A stretch of DNA of 64,000 nucleotides from NCBI GenBank assembly GCA_944380305.1, contig CALWHF010000001.1:75600-139599 (forward strand), written 5' to 3'. The notes beneath the pieces are model-generated. The model ran no database searches. It was not told where the DNA came from and worked only from the letters and a program-made list of their open reading frames with translations. The translations under genes were made by a program, and so were the position numbers. This document shows, one piece after another, positions 62,526 to 64,000 of this stretch. Source of the DNA: an uncultured Christensenellaceae bacterium (lineage in GTDB: Bacteria > Bacillota > Clostridia > Christensenellales > UBA3700). How positions within the stretch are numbered: position 1 is the stretch's first letter; each line of letters begins with the position of its first letter.

Positions 62526-63563
62526 TCAGGATTTATGTAAACCGTTTTTGATTGCGACATTCTCGATCTCGAACTCTTTGTTTATATTTATATAATAGCT
62601 CAGAGTGGTATTTATCGACGAGTGACCAAGCCAGAGCGCAGTCTGCTTTGAAGAGATCCCGGCTTCCTCGCACCGGGTCGCGAACGTGTGCCGAAGGCAG
62701 TACATATTTTTCGTTATCCCGGTCGCTCTGCAGATCTCCCGATACTCTTTCACCGCAGTATGTTTATTCACTTTGCCCAGGATCGGGATCGCCGAAGATC
62801 CTCTGTACCTGTCCGCAAACTCTTTGAACTCTGAAAAGATAGGAACGCGCCGAATCTTGTTCGTCTTTGTCGGGATCAGGTTGCCGAGATCGTCTATCGA
62901 GTGCCTGACCTCGATATAGTCTTCGTGAATATCGCACGGTGCGAGCGCTTTCGCTTCCGACGTTCTCAGACCTTCATAAAGCATGAGCCAGAAAATAACG
63001 GCACAATCGTAATTCTTTGCCAGGGCGATGAACCGTTCCTCTTCTTCCCGGGTAAACGCATGACGTTCTTCTGTCTTATGCTTCGGCGCGGAGATCTTCT
63101 CCATCGGATTGACGGCGATCAGATCGCGCCTGAGCGCAGTTCTGAAAATATCGCTGAACATGTGATACGTCGTTTTTCTTATCTTCGACGAAGCGATCGC
63201 GAGGATCGCAGCGCGCAGCTCGTCTGCAGAGATCTTTTTTATCTCACGATCATCGAACTGTGACAGATGATTTTTGTGCATTATCTCGTAAAAGTGAATC
63301 GTGCTCGGCTTGCATGTCGGGACTTTCTCTTCCTTCAGCCAGGTATGAAAAAACACTCCGAACGTCAGCGTGTTTGTCGGGGCATTAAGCTGCTTGATCT
63401 TCTGAGCGATAAGACGCTTATCATCTGCAAAGGCTTTCAGCTTGTCGTAGCACTCTGCCTGAGTTCTGCCGTAGATATCATGATACTTGCACGGCGCAAG
63501 CGTATATCTCGCGTACCACCTCCCGTCTTTCCTTCGTTTGATTTGAACTTTTTGATATTTCAT
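62526..63563 (-). CDS. Tyrosine-type site-specific recombinase (phage integrase family)
   Basis: Core start MKYQKVQIKRRKDGRWYARY (ATG 63563, GGAGGAA RBS). The catalytic region contains LRTSEAKAL (Arg), CLRHTFATR (His-x-x-Arg) and LGHSSINTTLSYY (His...Tyr). The same frame stays open up to a second ATG at 63722 that also has a strong RBS. Confidence 0.85.
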   Translation of the reverse strand: MKYQKVQIKRRKDGRWYARYTLAPCKYHDIYGRTQAECYDKLKAFADDKRLIAQKIKQLNAPTNTLTFGVFFHTWLKEEKVPTCKPSTIHFYEIMHKNHLSQFDDREIKKISADELRAAILAIASSKIRKTTYHMFSDIFRTALRRDLIAVNPMEKISAPKHKTEERHAFTREEEERFIALAKNYDCAVIFWLMLYEGLRTSEAKALAPCDIHEDYIEVRHSIDDLGNLIPTKTNKIRRVPIFSEFKEFADRYRGSSAIPILGKVNKHTAVKEYREICRATGITKNMYCLRHTFATRCEEAGISSKQTALWLGHSSINTTLSYYININKEFEIENVAIKNGLHKS

Positions 63564-63764
63564 TGTAGATTCCTCCGTTTTAACTTCGGAATCTCGTGAG
63601 CGCGATAAAAAATCGTCTTCTTTTGCTTGCTGGTAGGCTAAGTAGCAGCTTAGTTTCATTGCAAGCTCGTCAAAAGTTTTAACAAGCTGATTCAAAAAGT
63701 CTTTAGTTTCTTCGTCCAACATAAAATTCCTCCTTAAAGTAAAGTAATTTTATGTTAGCACTCT

Positions 63765-63783
63765 CTTTTACAGATTTTTATTC
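63765..63783 (+). repeat. 19-nt exact direct repeat, copy 2
   Basis: CTTTTACAGATTTTTATTC is identical to 52930-52948. It lies between the integrase start and the XRE gene stop. Confidence 0.85.
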
Positions 63784-63806
63784 AAATTTGCGACCCTGTC
63801 GCAAAT

Positions 63807-64000
63807 TCAGATTCCTTTGATTTCAGAGTCGTACAATGCCGCAACGTAGACAAGTGCGAGTGCCTGTCTGCGTGCATTAAGAGCATGGAACATCTTGATC
63901 ATTTTCCATTCGTTATCAGAAAAATCATACTGTTGAGCAATAACGATAGATCCGTCTTCGCTTTCTCTGCCCAGCAGATAGTCAACAGTACAGCCAAAAT
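63807..64000 (-). CDS. XRE-family HTH regulator (3' part only; gene runs off the right window edge)
   Basis: My reverse-strand translation is ...FGCTVDYLLGRESEDGSIVIAQQYDFSDNEWKMIKMFHALNARRQALALVYVAALYDSEIKGI*. The segment CTVDYLLG is the typical end of an HTH_3 domain. The stop TGA is at 63809-63807, followed by the hairpin TTTGCGAC-agg-GTCGCAAA. Confidence 0.6.
   Translation of the reverse strand, partial: FGCTVDYLLGRESEDGSIVIAQQYDFSDNEWKMIKMFHALNARRQALALVYVAALYDSEIKGI

Larger units (their letters stand above)
62427..64000. mobile_element. Left end of an integrated element (prophage or integrative element) inserted at tRNA-Ser; continues beyond the window
   Basis: The tyrosine integrase gene ends 100 nt from the tRNA-Ser 3' end and reads towards it. 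An XRE-type repressor gene comes next. The far att copy is not in the window. Confidence 0.55.

Overview
This 64-kb chromosomal window looks like a spore-forming, gut-associated Clostridia-class Firmicute. The call rests on gene content and order: spmA/spmB, metG-tatD-radical SAM-rsmA, carAB, type III glutamine synthetase, a BspA-type LRR protein, a serpin and a sialidase. The exact taxon cannot be determined by eye.

Positions 1-45 kb are mostly core genes:
- An Opp-type ABC importer and a GH30 lipoprotein sit divergent from a complete sialic-acid operon (nanH-nanE-nanK-nanA plus a GPH transporter).
- A macro-domain protein, carA and carB follow. carB is fused in frame to a complete dapF.
- Then come purF, asnA, a short alaS lacking the C-terminal domain, glnN, ABC exporters, and translation and rRNA/tRNA-modification genes.
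- tRNA-Arg, a GH43, a domain-permuted GH3 and a lipoprotein serpin close this part.

Positions 45.4-49.9 kb are a small accessory islet. Its centrepiece is a TIR-domain::SAM-methyltransferase fusion driven by its own consensus promoter, which overlaps a palindrome. Next to it are a WYL-domain regulator with duplicated 18-nt operator-like boxes and an acidic coiled-coil protein. This is my best candidate for an undescribed defence or signalling module.

Positions 51.3-64 kb (tRNA-Val to the window end) are a mosaic of island scars:
- A duplicated tRNA-Val 3' end plus terminator.
- Two further long-range direct repeats (31 nt and 19 nt).
- A truncated HTH gene.
- A three-unit array with a 31-nt period whose hairpins covary, followed by a strong terminator. 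It could be a structured RNA or a protein-binding array.
- Two two-component systems, one carrying a Spo0A-type effector domain.
- A Cys-rich paralogue pair with a homopolymer frame problem.
- tRNA-Ser followed by a tyrosine integrase and an XRE repressor, which start an integrated element that runs off the window.

I saw no CRISPR array, rRNA gene or recognisable transposase. All product calls come from reading motifs in the translations. No database search was possible.
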